In this document: piece after piece, positions 1-12,300 of the stretch | How the letters are laid out: every line of letters begins with the position of its first letter | Numbering within the stretch: position 1 is the first letter of the stretch | Source: Eledone cirrhosa | Lineage: Eukaryota | Direction of reading: 5' to 3' | NCBI GenBank assembly: GCA_964016885.1 | Contig: OZ024742.1 | Location: 282,286,001-282,350,000, forward strand | Length of the DNA: 64,000 bases | The notes under the pieces: model-generated | Told to the model about the DNA's origin: nothing | The model's input: the letters and a program-made list of their open reading frames with translations, nothing else | Databases searched by the model: none | Program-made: the position numbers and the translations under genes

Positions 1-14
1 ATAATCTAGAGAGT

Positions 15-200
<186 letters not shown>

Positions 201-202
201 GA

Positions 203-500
203 GTAATATGGGACATGAAAAAGAAGGCCTGAACAGTAGTGGAAATCAGCTGCCCAGCAGATGTTAATAAAGAGGAGAATATTTATGCCAACTTAATGAG
301 TAACCTGCAGATACTCCAACCAGATAGCTTTAGATTTATACCTGTGATTATTGAGGCACTTAGATATGTTACTAACTGCCTCAATACAAATGTTGAGAAT
401 TTGGGCTTAAATAAACCGCAGTGAGTGAGGTTAATTGGAAAAATGCAAGTACAGTCGATAAATAGAACTGGGAAAATATGTCGTAAAACATTCCAGAAAT
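203..500 (+). pseudogene. Decayed C-terminal restriction-like endonuclease (RLE) domain of a non-LTR retrotransposon (R4/Dong/R2-like)
   Basis: The frame from 203 reads VIWDMKKKA*TVVEISCPADVNKEENIYANLMSNLQILQPDSFRFIPVIIEALRYVTNCLNTNVENLGL. This resembles the (PD)..IWD...VEISCP...K..KY..L...IPIIIGALG pattern of RLE domains. It has an in-frame stop and is 5'-truncated at the CA tract. Family assigned from memory, not by search. Confidence 0.7.
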
Positions 501-747
501 GTAGCATATAATAACTGGATATAAATGCATATAGACATACAGACATACAAACACATATAGACATACATACACACACACTTACACACATATATATATATAA
601 TAAGGGTTGACGGACCCACCATATTTATCAATGCCAGCACCGGTTGTATCTCAGCGCACTCAATGGGCAATGTAAGATACATTACCAGAGTATACACATA
701 GTTATTTGCCTCAACACAACACACGTAAAACGGGTGCCTATAAGGTT

Positions 748-857
748 CCCGGACTCGAGTTTCTGCAGCACTAATGCAGCAGTAAGGTGAGCTGCACCAT
801 CTGTCTGCATATATTATGCAACAATGCTCAATCGGCTTATGCAGTTTCATCAGCGGG
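748..857 (-). ncRNA. Type I hammerhead ribozyme motif with large branched stem II
   Basis: Minus strand: CCCG-CTGATGA(853-847)-~83 nt-GAAAC(763-759)-TCGA-GTC-CGGG. Stem I is CCCG/CGGG, stem III is the palindrome ACTCGAGT, and the cleavage triplet is GUC. The base of stem II pairs imperfectly. Confidence 0.7.
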
Positions 858-895
858 TATCGCCTAATCAATAACCAATCGATCGACATGATCCA

Positions 896-913
896 ATATA
901 TATATATATATAT

Positions 914-969
<56 letters not shown>

Positions 970-1000
970 TGTGTGAGAGAGACAGAGAGTGAGAGAGAGA
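896..1000. repeat. Compound (TA)n(GA)n microsatellite
   Basis: Directly visible. Confidence 0.95.
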
Positions 1001-1019
1001 GCAATGGACTGCTGCTGTC

Positions 1020-1158
1020 TCCGTCTACCAAATGTCACTGATTCACAAGACATTGATTGGGCAAGTAAATACTTACCCAATATGCCACTCAATGGGAGTA
1101 AACGCGAAACTAAACTATATGATTGTGAGGCGAACTCTTTAACCACGCATCTAAGCCT
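1020..1158 (-). mobile_element. Old tRNA-derived SINE, 5' part (resembles octopus SINE families)
   Basis: ACTTACCCAATATGCCACTCAATGGGAGTAAACGCGAAAC...CTCTTTAACCAC is a degenerate reverse complement of a SINE tRNA head plus central ACTTGCCCAAGGTGCC-type domain. Recognised from memory. Confidence 0.55.
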
Positions 1159-1390
1159 CTGCTTATAATTAATTGAATGTTATAAGAAAAATCTTCCTAC
1201 ATTAATATGTGAATATATTTTCTTTTGAGGGCAGATTGTTGACAGTAATGTCTATTGTTATAAGATTACAACTTACACTAATGAATAAGACGTTTTCTAT
1301 TATGGTAATTAGTTAGTTTAATGTACTTATTGATTTAAATGTTTCCTTCTTAACGTTGAGTCTTCAAAATTTAGTAATGAATTGTTATAT

Positions 1391-1580
1391 TAATAATTGT
1401 TTCTACTTTTGGCTCAAGGCCAGTAATTACCGCAGTGCATTGCACCAGTAATGGTGCTTTATTTTATCGACCCCGTAAGGATGAAAGGCAAAGTTAACCT
1501 CGGCGGGATTTGAACTCAGAATGGCAAGGGCCGTAACTCTATGCGTCAATGCATGGCGTCCGACCCTCTACCGATACTGA
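1391..1580 (-). mobile_element. tRNA-derived SINE with conserved central domain (octopus/Meta-SINE-like)
   Basis: Minus strand has B-box GAGTTCAAATCCC, central GCCTTTCATCCTTACGGGGTCGATAAAAT and tail AAAAGTAGAAACAATTATT. It is colinear with the copy at 57687-57865. Confidence 0.85.
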
Positions 1581-1584
1581 TATT

Positions 1585-1693
1585 AATAATTGTTTCTACT
1601 TTTGGCACAAGGCCAGCAATTAACCAGTGTATTACTGGTACTTTATTTTATCGATCCCGTAAGGATGAAAGGCAAAGTTAACCTCGGCGGAAT
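1585..1693 (-). mobile_element. Second, 5'-truncated tandem copy of the same SINE
   Basis: Repeats TAATAATTGTTTCTACTTTTGGC...CCCGTAAGGATGAAAGGCAAAGTTAACCTCGGCGG about 183-194 bp downstream of the first copy. Confidence 0.85.
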
Positions 1694-1740
1694 GTCGTGG
1701 CAATACCCTAGGAATTTATACTGAATGATTATTATTGTAT

Positions 1741-1870
1741 GGATAGGTAGAATTGTTAGAGTCTCAGATAAAATGAATTGTAGCATTTTATTACGGGCTT
1801 TTTTCTTCTGAGTTCAAATGATACCGAGCTCTATGAGATTTAATATTAATCACGTTCTGGTGTCAATAAA
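1741..1870 (+). mobile_element. Degenerate SINE
   Basis: A-box-like GGTAGAATTGTTAG, B-box-like TTCTGAGTTCAAAT, and an end TGGTGTCAATAAA resembling the central domain of the neighbouring SINEs. Confidence 0.5.
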
Positions 1871-1879
1871 TCTGTTCAT

Positions 1880-1898
1880 CTATCTATCTATCTGTCAG

Positions 1899-1977
<79 letters not shown>

Positions 1978-2477
1978 TGTGTATGGCTGTGTGTGTTTGT
2001 GAGTCTGTATGATAGTTAGATAGATAGATAGGTTGGTAGGTAGAATTAATCATCGTAATTTAGCGCGTATATATTTGTTAATGATTATAGAAACAACTTA
2101 TTGTAATAGATTAAAATGAAAGTAAAAATGAAATGTGGCAGTGATCGGATGGATAAGCGGGAGAAGATCCTTGCAACTTTATTTAGAGAGATATAATCAA
2201 AGAATTACTAAATGAAGTACTTTTTTAGCATAAAGCGTGCATTTTTAACAGGTACTACCATATATGTATATACACATGCATACATATACCCGCACATACA
2301 CATACACACACATATATATATATATATGTGTGTGTGTGTTTATGTGCTTATATATATATATATAAATGTATACGGGATTCATAGTAAACACTATATCTAT
2401 AGCTATTTCTCAGTATATTTCTGTCGCTCTCTTTCTCTCTGTCTCTCCATCTCTCTCTAACTCTCTCCCTCTCTCCT

Positions 2478-2555
<78 letters not shown>

Positions 2556-2575
2556 TTTTTCTCTCTCTCTCTCTT
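1880..2575. repeat. Microsatellite cluster: (CTAT)n, (TA)n, (TG)n, (GATA)n, (CT)n
   Basis: Directly visible runs separated by AT-rich unique sequence. Confidence 0.9.
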
Positions 2576-3035
2576 ACCGCTCCCTCGCTCTCTCTGTTTC
2601 TCCTACTTTCTTTCGCCCCCTCTGTCATGTCAGTTAACTCTTCCTCACACTTCCACTCACTCACTCACTGTTTCTCCTCTTCTCACTTCACCCCGTTCGC
2701 GACGAAATCATTTTCTCTCTTTCTCACATTTGAATTCGCTCCCGAAAGGTCTTTTTTCTAAGCGCTCATATATTCACCTAGCTTATGCTAACAGAATAAC
2801 TATGAAGCTTGTTCCCTTCCTTCTACGGTTAGTTATCCTCTTTGTTGTTATCTTGTTTCACTCGCTTTACGCGTTTTAATTGTCCTAATAACTTAATTTA
2901 GTTATTATTGCACCGACGTGAGGTATATGATTTTTAATGCAATGAAATATCTATGATCGTCGGCAAATCACTGATGAGGGGATTATTTTATTACATGTTA
3001 TCCATGAGCAACCAGCAGTATTCTTCTCCCCATTT

Positions 3036-3039
<4 letters not shown>

Positions 3040-3098
<59 letters not shown>

Positions 3099-3325
3099 TA
3101 TATATATATATATAGACATATATACATAAATACATATATACGTATACATACATATGTGTGTGTATGCGTGTGTTAATTCACACCTTTTAAAATCACTCTT
3201 GTTTTACCACCATCTTGTATCTACTTATATATATGAGAGTGTGTGGATGTATCACAGTGTATGTACACGTCCGCGTGTGTATGTGTGTGTATGTGTGCAC
3301 TCGTGTATGTATGTTTATGTGTGTA
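3040..3325. repeat. (TA)n followed by degenerate RY-alternating sequence
   Basis: Directly visible. Confidence 0.9.
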
Positions 3326-6300
3326 TTACTTTTCTAATTACAACGAACGAAAGGTAAAAAAAGATAATAAATATTTACTTTCTTTCACTATTTTCCTTCC
3401 CTTTGTATTTTTTCGTTCGTTGATTTCTCGTTTAATGTTTTGTTTACATTTTTTTTTTGTTTGTTTTGTATGTTTGGGTATTTTAGACTTGTTATTTTAG
3501 TTTTTTGGGGTTTTTTTTCTTATATTTCCTTCTTTTTCAATTTATTTTTAATTCTGCGGATTGTCATTTTTATCAGGGTATTTTACTGTGTATTTTACTC
3601 TTGTTATTTTAGTTTTGGGGTTTTTTTTCCTTATATTTCCTTCTTTTTCAATATATTTTTAATTCTGCGGATTGTCATTTTTATTAGGGTATTTTACTGT
3701 GTCTTTAACTCTTGTTATTTTAGTGTTTCGATTTTTTTATTATTATATTTCTTTCTTTTTCAATTTATATTTAATTCTGCGGATTGTCATTTTTATCAGG
3801 GTATTTTACTGTATCTTTTACACTCGTTATTTTAGTTTTTTGGGTGGGGGGGGGCTTCTTACATTTCCTTTTTCCATTTATTTTTTATTCTGCGGATTTT
3901 CACTTTTATCCGGGTATTTTACTGTGTCTTTACTCTTGTTATTTTAGTGTTTCGATTTTATTATTCTTATATTTCCTTCTTTTTCAATTTATTTTTAATT
4001 CTGCGGATTGTCATTTTTATCAGTGTATTTTACTGTGTCTTTTATTCTTGTTATTTTAGTTTTGGGTTGTTTTTATTCTTATATTTCTTTCTTTTTCAAT
4101 TTATATTTAATTCTGCGGATTGTCATTTTTATCAGGGTATTTAACTGTGTCTTTTACTCTCGTTATTTTAGTTTTTTTTTTTTGGGGGGGGGGTTCTTAC
4201 ATTTCCTTTTCCTATTTATTTTTTATTCTGCGGATTGTCATTTTTATCCGGGTATTTTACTGTGTCTTTTACTTTTGTTATTTTAGTTTTTGTGTTTTTT
4301 TATTCTTATATTTCCTTCTTTTTCAATTTATTTTTAATTCTGCGGATTGACATTTTTATCAGGGTATTTTACTTTATATTTTACTCTTGTTATTTAAGTT
4401 TTGGGAGCTTTTTTCTTATATTTCCTTTTTTTTCAATTTATTTTTAATTCTGCGGATTGTCATATTTATCACTGTATTTTACTGTGTCTTTTACTCTTGT
4501 TATTTTAGTTTTGGATTGTTTTTATTCTTATATTTCTATCTTTTTCAATTTATATTTAATTCAGCGGATTGTCATTTTTATCAGGGTATTTTACTGTGTA
4601 TTTACTCTCGTTATTTTAGTTTTTTTTTTGGGGGGGGGGTTTCTTACATTTCCTTTTTTAATTTATTTTTTACTCTGCGGATTGTCATTTTTATCAGGGT
4701 ATATTAATGTGTATTTTACTCTTGTTATTTTAGGTTTTGGGGTTTTTTCCTCATATTTCCTTCTTTTTCAATTTATTTTTAATTCTGCGCATTGTCATTT
4801 TATCAGGGTATTATGCTGTCTATTTCACTTTTGTTAATTTAATTTTGGTGTTTTTTTACTTATATTTCCTTCTATTTCAATTTATTTTTAATTCTGCGGA
4901 TTGTCATTTTTATCAGGGTATTTTACTTTTTCTTTTACTCTTGTTATTTTAGGTTCGGAGATTTTGATTCTTATATTTCCTTCTTTTTCATTTTTTTTTA
5001 ATTCTGCGGATTGTCATTTTTATCAGGGTATTTTACTGTGTATTTTACGCTTGTTATTTTAATTTTTGGGTTTTTTACCTCATATTTCCTTCATTTTCAA
5101 TTTATTTTTAATTCTGCGGATCGTAATTTTTATCAGGGTATTTTACTTTATATTTTACTCTTGTTATTTTTGGTTTTGGGGGCTTTTTTCTTATATTTCC
5201 TTCTTTTTCAATTTATATTTAATTCTGCGGGTTGTCATTTTTGTCAAGTTATTTTACTGTGTCGTTTACTCTCATTATTTTAGTTTTGGGGGGTTTTTTT
5301 CTTACATTTGTTTTTCAATTTATTTTTAATTCTGCTTATTGTCATTTTTATCAGGGTATTTTAATGTGTATTTTACTCTTGTTATTTTAGGTTTGGAGTT
5401 TTTTATTCTCATATTTCCTTCTTTTTCAATTTATTTTTAATTCTGCGAATTGTCATTTTTATCAGGGTATTTTCCGGTGTATTTTACTTGGTTATTTTAG
5501 TTTTTGGGGTTTTTTTTCTTATATTTCCTTCTTTATCAATATATTTTTAATTCTGCGGACTGTCATTTTTATCAGGGTATTTTACTGTGTCTTTTACTCT
5601 TGTTATTTTAGTTTTGGGGGTTTTTATTCTTATATTTCCTTCTTTTTCAATTTATTTTTAATTCTGCGGATTGTCATTTTTATCAGGGTATTTTACTGTG
5701 TCTTTTACTCTTGTTATTTTAGTTTTGGTGGTTTTTTATTTAATATTTCCTTCTTTTTCAATTATTTTTAATTCTGCGGATTGTCATCTTTATCAGGGTA
5801 TTTTACTGTCTCTTTTACTCTTATTATTTCAGGTTTGGAGTCTTTTCTTCTTATATTTCCTTCTTTTTCAATTTATTTTTAATTCTGCGGATTGTCGTTT
5901 TTATCAGGGTATTTTACTGTGTATTTTACTCTTGTTATTTTAGGTTTTGTGGGTCTTTTTCTTATATTTCCTTCTTTTTCAATTTATTTTTAATTCTGCG
6001 GATTGTCATTTTTATCAGTGTTTTTTGCTCTGTATGTTACTCTTGTTATTTTAGTTTTGGGGTTTTTTTATATCATGTTTCATTCTTTTTCAATTTATTT
6101 TTAATTCTGTGGATTGTCATTTTTATCAGGATTTTTTACTGTGTATTTTGCTCTTGTTATTTTAGTTTTTAGGGGTTTTTTTTCTTATATTTCCTTCTTT
6201 TTCAATTTATTTTTAATTCTGCGGATTGTCATTTTTATCAGGGTATTTCACTATGTCTTTTACTCTTGATATTTTAGTTATGGGTTTTTTTTATTCTTAT

Positions 6301-9300
6301 ATTTCTTTCTTTTTCAATTATTTTTAATTCTGCGGATTGTCATTTTTATCAGGGTATTTTACTGTGTCTTTTACTCTTGTTATTTTAGTTTTGGGCGGGT
6401 TTTTTATTCCTATATTTCTTTCTCTTCAATTTATATTTAATTCTGTGGATTGTCATTTTTATCAGGGTACTTTACTGTGTATTTTACACTCGTTATTTTA
6501 GTTCGTTTTTTTGGGGAGGGGGGGGTTCTTACATTTCCTTTTTCCATATATATTTTATTCTGCGGATTGTCATTTTTATCCGGGTATTTTACTGTGTCTT
6601 TTACTCTTGTTATTTTAGTGTTTCGATTTTATTATTCTTATATTTCCTTCTTTTTCAATTTATTTTTAATTCTGCGGATTGTCATATTTATCAGTGTATT
6701 TTACTGTGTCTTTTACTCTTGTTATTTAAGTTTTGGGTTGTTTTTATTCTTATATTTCTTTCATTTTCAATTTATATTTAATTCAGCGGATTGTCATATT
6801 TATCAGGGTATTTTACTGTGTATTTACTCTCGTTATTTTAGTTATTGGGGTTTTTTTTCTTACATTTCCTTTTTCTATTTATTTTTATTCTGCGGATTGT
6901 CATTTTATATCAGGGTATTTTAATGTGTATTTTACTCTTGTTATTTTAGGTTTTGGGGTTTTTTCCTCATATTTCCTTCTTTTTCAATTTATTTTTAATT
7001 CTGCGCGTTGTCATTTTTATCAGGGTATTATGCTGTTTATTTCACTTTTGTTAATTTAATTTTGGTGTTTTTTTTCTAATATATCCTTCTTTTTTAATTT
7101 ATTTTTAATTCTGCGGATTTTCATTTTGAGCAGGGTATTTTACTGTTTCTTTTACTCTTGTTATTTTAGGTTCGGAGTTTTTTATTCTCATATTTCCTTC
7201 TTTTTCATTTTATTTTAATTCTGCGGATTGTCATTTTTATCAGGGTATTTTACTTTATATTTTACTCTTGTAATTTTAGTTTTGGGTTTTTCTATATCAT
7301 ATTTCATTCTTTTTCAATGTATTTTTAATTCTGCGGATTGTCATTTTTATCAGGGTATTTTACTGTCTCTTTTACTCTTGTTACTTTAGGTTGGGAGTTT
7401 TTATTCTTATATTTCCTTCTTTTTCAATTTATTTTTAATTCTGTGGATTGTCATTTTTATCAGGGTATTTTACTGTTTCTTTTACTCTTGTTACTTTAGG
7501 TTGGGAGTTTTTATTCTTATGTTTCCTTCTTTTTCAATTTATTATTAATTCTGGGGATTGTCATTTTTATCAGGGTTATTTTACTGCGTATTTTACGATC
7601 GTTATTTTAATTTTGGGATTTTTTTATTCTGCGGATTGTCATTTTTATCAGGTTATTTTAATGTGTATTTTATTCTTGTTATTTTAGGTTTTGGCGTTTT
7701 TTCCTCCTATTTCCTTCTTTTTCAATTTATTTTTTATTCTGCGGATTGTCATTTTATCAGGGTATTGTGCTGTCTATTTCACTTTTGTTAATTTAATTTT
7801 GGTTTTTTTTTTTTCTCATATTTCCTTCTTTTTCAATTTATTTTTAATTCTGCGGATTGTCATTTTTATCAGGTTATTTTACTGTTTCTTTTTCTCTTGT
7901 TATTTTAGGTTCGGAGTTTTTGATTCTTATATTTGCTTCTTTTTTATTTTTTTTTTAATTCTGCGGATAGTCATTTTTATCAGGGTATTTTAATGTGTAT
8001 TTTACGCTTGTTATTTTAATTTTTGGGTTTTTTTCCTTATATTTCCTTCATTTTCAATTTATTTTTAATTCTGCGGATTGTAATTTTTATCAAGGTATTT
8101 TACTTTATATTTTACTCTTGTTATTTTAGGTTTTCGGGGCTTTTTTCTTATATTTCCTTCTTTTTCAATTTATATTTAATTCTGCGGATTGTCATTTTTA
8201 TCAGGGTATTTTACTGTCTTTTACTCTTGTTATTTTAGTTTTGTGGCTTTTTATTCTTATATTTCCTTCTTTTTCAATTTATTTTTAATTCTGCGGATTC
8301 TCATTTTTATCAGGGTATTTTACTGTCTTTTATTCTTTTTAATTTACTTTTAGACTTTTTTTTTCTTATATTTCCTTCTTTTTCAATATATTTTTAATTC
8401 TGCGGATGGCCATTTTTATCAGGGTATTTTACTCTTGTTATTTTAGGTTTTGGGGTTTCTTTTCTTATATTTCGTTCTTTTTCAATTTATTTTTAATTCT
8501 GCGGATTCTCATATTTATCAGTGTATTTTACTGTGTCTTTTACTCTTGTTATTTTGGTTTTTGTGTTTTTTATTCTTATATTTCCTTCTTTTTCAATTTA
8601 TTTTTAATTCTGCGGATTGTCATTTTTATCAGACTATTTTACTGTCTTTTACTCTTGTTATTTCAGGTTTGGAGTTTTTTATTCTTATATTTCCTTCTTT
8701 TTCAATTTATTTTTTAATCTGAGGATTGTCGTTTTTATCAGGGTATTTTACTGTGTATTTTACTCTTGTTATTTTAGCTTTTGTGGGCTTTTTTCTTATA
8801 TTTCCTTCTTTATCAATTTATTTTTAATTCTGCTGATTGTCATATTTATCAGAGTATTTTACTGTGTATTTTACTGTTGTGAATTTAATTTTGGGGTTTT
8901 TTATTCTTATATTTCCTTCTTTTTCAATTTATTTTTAATTCTGCGGATTGTCATTTTTATCAGGGTATTTTACTGTCTCTTTTACTCTTGTTACTTTAGG
9001 TTGGGAGTTTTTTATTCTTATATTTCCTTCTTTTTCAATTTATTTTTAATACTGCGGATTGTCATTTTTATCAGGGTATTTTACTGTTTCTTTTACTCTT
9101 GTTATTTTAGGTTCGGAGTTTTTTGTTCTTATATTTCCTTCTTTTTCATTTTATTATTAATTCTGCGGATTGTCATTTTTATCAGGGTATTTTTACTGTG
9201 TATTTTACTCTTGCTATTTTAATTTTGGGTTTTTTTTATATTATATTTCCTTCTTTTCAATTTATTTTTAATTCTGAGGATTGTCGTTTTTATCAGGATT

Positions 9301-12300
9301 TTTTACTGTGTATTTCACTCTTGTTATTTTAGGTTTTAGGTTTTCTTTTCTTATATTTCGTTCTTTTTCAATTTATTTTTAATTCTGCGGATTCTCATAT
9401 TTATCAGGGTTATTTTACTGTGTATTTTACACTTGTTATTTTAATTTTTGGGTTTTTTTACTTATATTTCCTTCATTTCAATTTATTTTTAATTCTGCAG
9501 ATTCTCATTTTATCAGGGTATTTTACTCTGTATTTTACGCTCGTTATTTTAATTTTAGTGTTTTTTTCCTCATATTTCCTTCTTTTTTAATTTATTTTTA
9601 GTTCTGCGGATTGTCATTTTTATCAGGGTTTTTTTACTGTGTATTTTACTCTTGCTATTTTAATTTTGGGTTTTTTTTATATTATATTTCCTTCTTTTTC
9701 AATTTATTTTTAATTCTGAGGATTGTCGTTTTTATCAGGATTTTTTACTGTGTATTTCACTCTTGTTATTTTAATTTTTTGGGTTTTTTTTTCTTATATT
9801 TCCTTCTTTTTCAATTTATTTTTAATTCTCCGGATTGTCATTTTTATCAGGGTATTTTACTGTTTCTTTTACTCTTGTTATTTTAGGTTGGGAGTTTTTT
9901 ATTCTTATATTTCCTTCTTTTTCATTTTATTTTTAATTCTGCGGATTGTCATTTTTATCAGAGTATTTTACTGTGTATTTTAGTCTTGTTATTTTACCTT
10001 TTGGGAATATTTTTCTCATATTTCCTTTTTTTTTTGAAATTATTTTTAATTCTGCGGATTGTCATTTTTATCAGGGTATTTTACTATGTCTTTTACTCTT
10101 GTTATTTTAGTTATGGGGGATTTTCTTCTTATATTTCCTTCTTTTTCAATTATTTTTAAATCTGCGGATTGTCATTTTTATCAGGGTATTTTACTGTCTT
10201 TTACACTTGTTATTTTAGTGTTTCGATTATTTTATTCTTATATTTCTTTCTTTTTCAATTTATATTTAATTCTGCGGATTGTCATTTTTATCAGGGTATT
10301 TTACTTTATATTTTACTCTTGTTATTTTAGGTTGGGAGTTTTTTATTCTTATATTTCCTTCTTTTTCATTTTATTTTTAATTCTGCGGATTGTCATCTTT
10401 ATCAGAGTATTTTACTGTGTATTTTAGTCTTGTTATTTTACCTTTTGGGAATATTTTTCTCATATTTCCTTTTTTTTTTGAAATTATTTTTAATTCTGCG
10501 GATTGTCATTTTTATCAGGGTATTTTACTATGTCTTTTACTCTTGTTATTTTAGTTATGGGGGATTTTATTCTTATATTTCCTTCTTTTTCAATTATTTT
10601 TAATTCTGCGGATTGTCATTTTTATCAGGGTATTTTACTGTGTCTTTTACTCTCGTTATTTTAGTTTTGGGGGTATTTTTCTTACATTTGTATTTCAATT
10701 TATTTTTAATTCTGCGGATTGTCATTTTTATCAAGGTATTTTCCGGTGTATTTCACTTTGTTATTTTAGTTTTTTGGGTTTATTTTCTTATATTTCCTTA
10801 TTTATCAATTTATTTTTTATTCTGCGGACTGTCATATTTATCAGGGTATTTTACTGTGTCTTTTACTCTTGTTATTTTAGTTTTGTGGTTTTTTATTCTT
10901 ATATTTCCTTCTTTTTCAATTCATTTTTAATTCTGCGAATTGTCATTTTTATCAGGGTATTTTATTGTGTCTTTTACTCTTGTTATTTTAGGTCTGGAGT
11001 TTTTTATTCTTATATTTGCTTCTTTTTCAATTTATATTTAATTCTGCGGATTGTCATTTTTATCAGGGTGTTTTACTGTCTTTTATTCTTTTTATTTTAC
11101 TTTTTTGCTTTTTTTTTTCTTATATTTCCTTCTTTTTCAATATATTTTTAAATCTGCGGATGGCCATTTTTACCAGGGTATTTTACGTTATATTTTACTC
11201 TTGTTATTTTAGGTTTTGGGTTTTCTTTTCTTATATTTCGTTCTTTTTCAATTTATTTTTAATTCTGCGGATTCTCATATTTATCAGTGTATTTTACTGT
11301 GTCTTTTACTCTTGTTATTTTAGTTTTTGTGTTTTTTATTCTTATATTTCCTTCTTTTTCAATATATTTTTAATTCTGCGGATTGTCATTTTTATCAGGC
11401 TATTTTACTGTGTCTTTTACTCTTGTTATTTCAGGTTTGGAGTTTTTTATTCTTATATTTCCTTCTTCTTCAATTTAATTTTAATTCTGCGGATTGTCAT
11501 TTTTATCAGAGTATTTTACTGTGTATTTTACTGTTGTGAATTTAATTTTGGGGGTTTTTATTCTTATATTTCCTTCTTTTTCAATTTATTTTTAATTCTG
11601 CGGATTGTCATTTTTATCAGGGTATTTTACTGTTTCTTTTACTCTTGTTATTTTAGGTTCGGAGTTTTTTGTTCTTATATTTCCTTCTTTTTCATTTTAT
11701 TATTAATTCTGCGGATTGTCATTTTTATCAGGGTTATTTTACTGTGTATTTTACACTTGTTATTTTACTTTTGGGGGTTTTTTCCTTATATTTCCTTCAT
11801 TTCAATTTATTTTTAATTCTGCAGATTCTCATTTTATCAGGGTATTTTACTGTGTATTTTACGCTCGTTATTTTAATTTTAGGGTTTTTTTCCTTATATT
11901 TCCTTATTTTTTAATTTATTTTTTGTTCTGCGGATTGTCATTTTTATCAGGGTTTTTTACTGTGTATTTTACTCTTGCTATTTTAATTTTGTTTTTTTTT
12001 TATATTATATTTCCTTCTTTTTCAACTTAATTTTAATTCTGCGGATTGTCATATTTTTCAGAGTATTTTACTATGTATTTTACTGTTGTGAATTTAATTT
12101 TGGGGTTTTTTATTCTTATATTTCCTTCTTTTTCAATTTATTTTTAATTCTGCGGATTGTCATTTTTATCAGTGTTTATTACACTGTATTTAACTCTTGT
12201 TATTTTAGTTTTTGGGGTTTTTCATATCATATTTCCTTCTTTTTCAATTAATTTTTAATTCTGCGGATTGTCATTTTTATCAGGGTATTTTACTGTCTCT

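Noticed and set aside
431-889. 152-aa minus-strand ORF
   Set aside because: It crosses a ribozyme cassette, a microsatellite and the antisense of the RLE relic, with no recognisable domain.
2971-3031. CTGATGA followed by a GGGGA...TCCCC stem
   Set aside because: No GAAA or stem III follows. At best it is a truncated hammerhead half.
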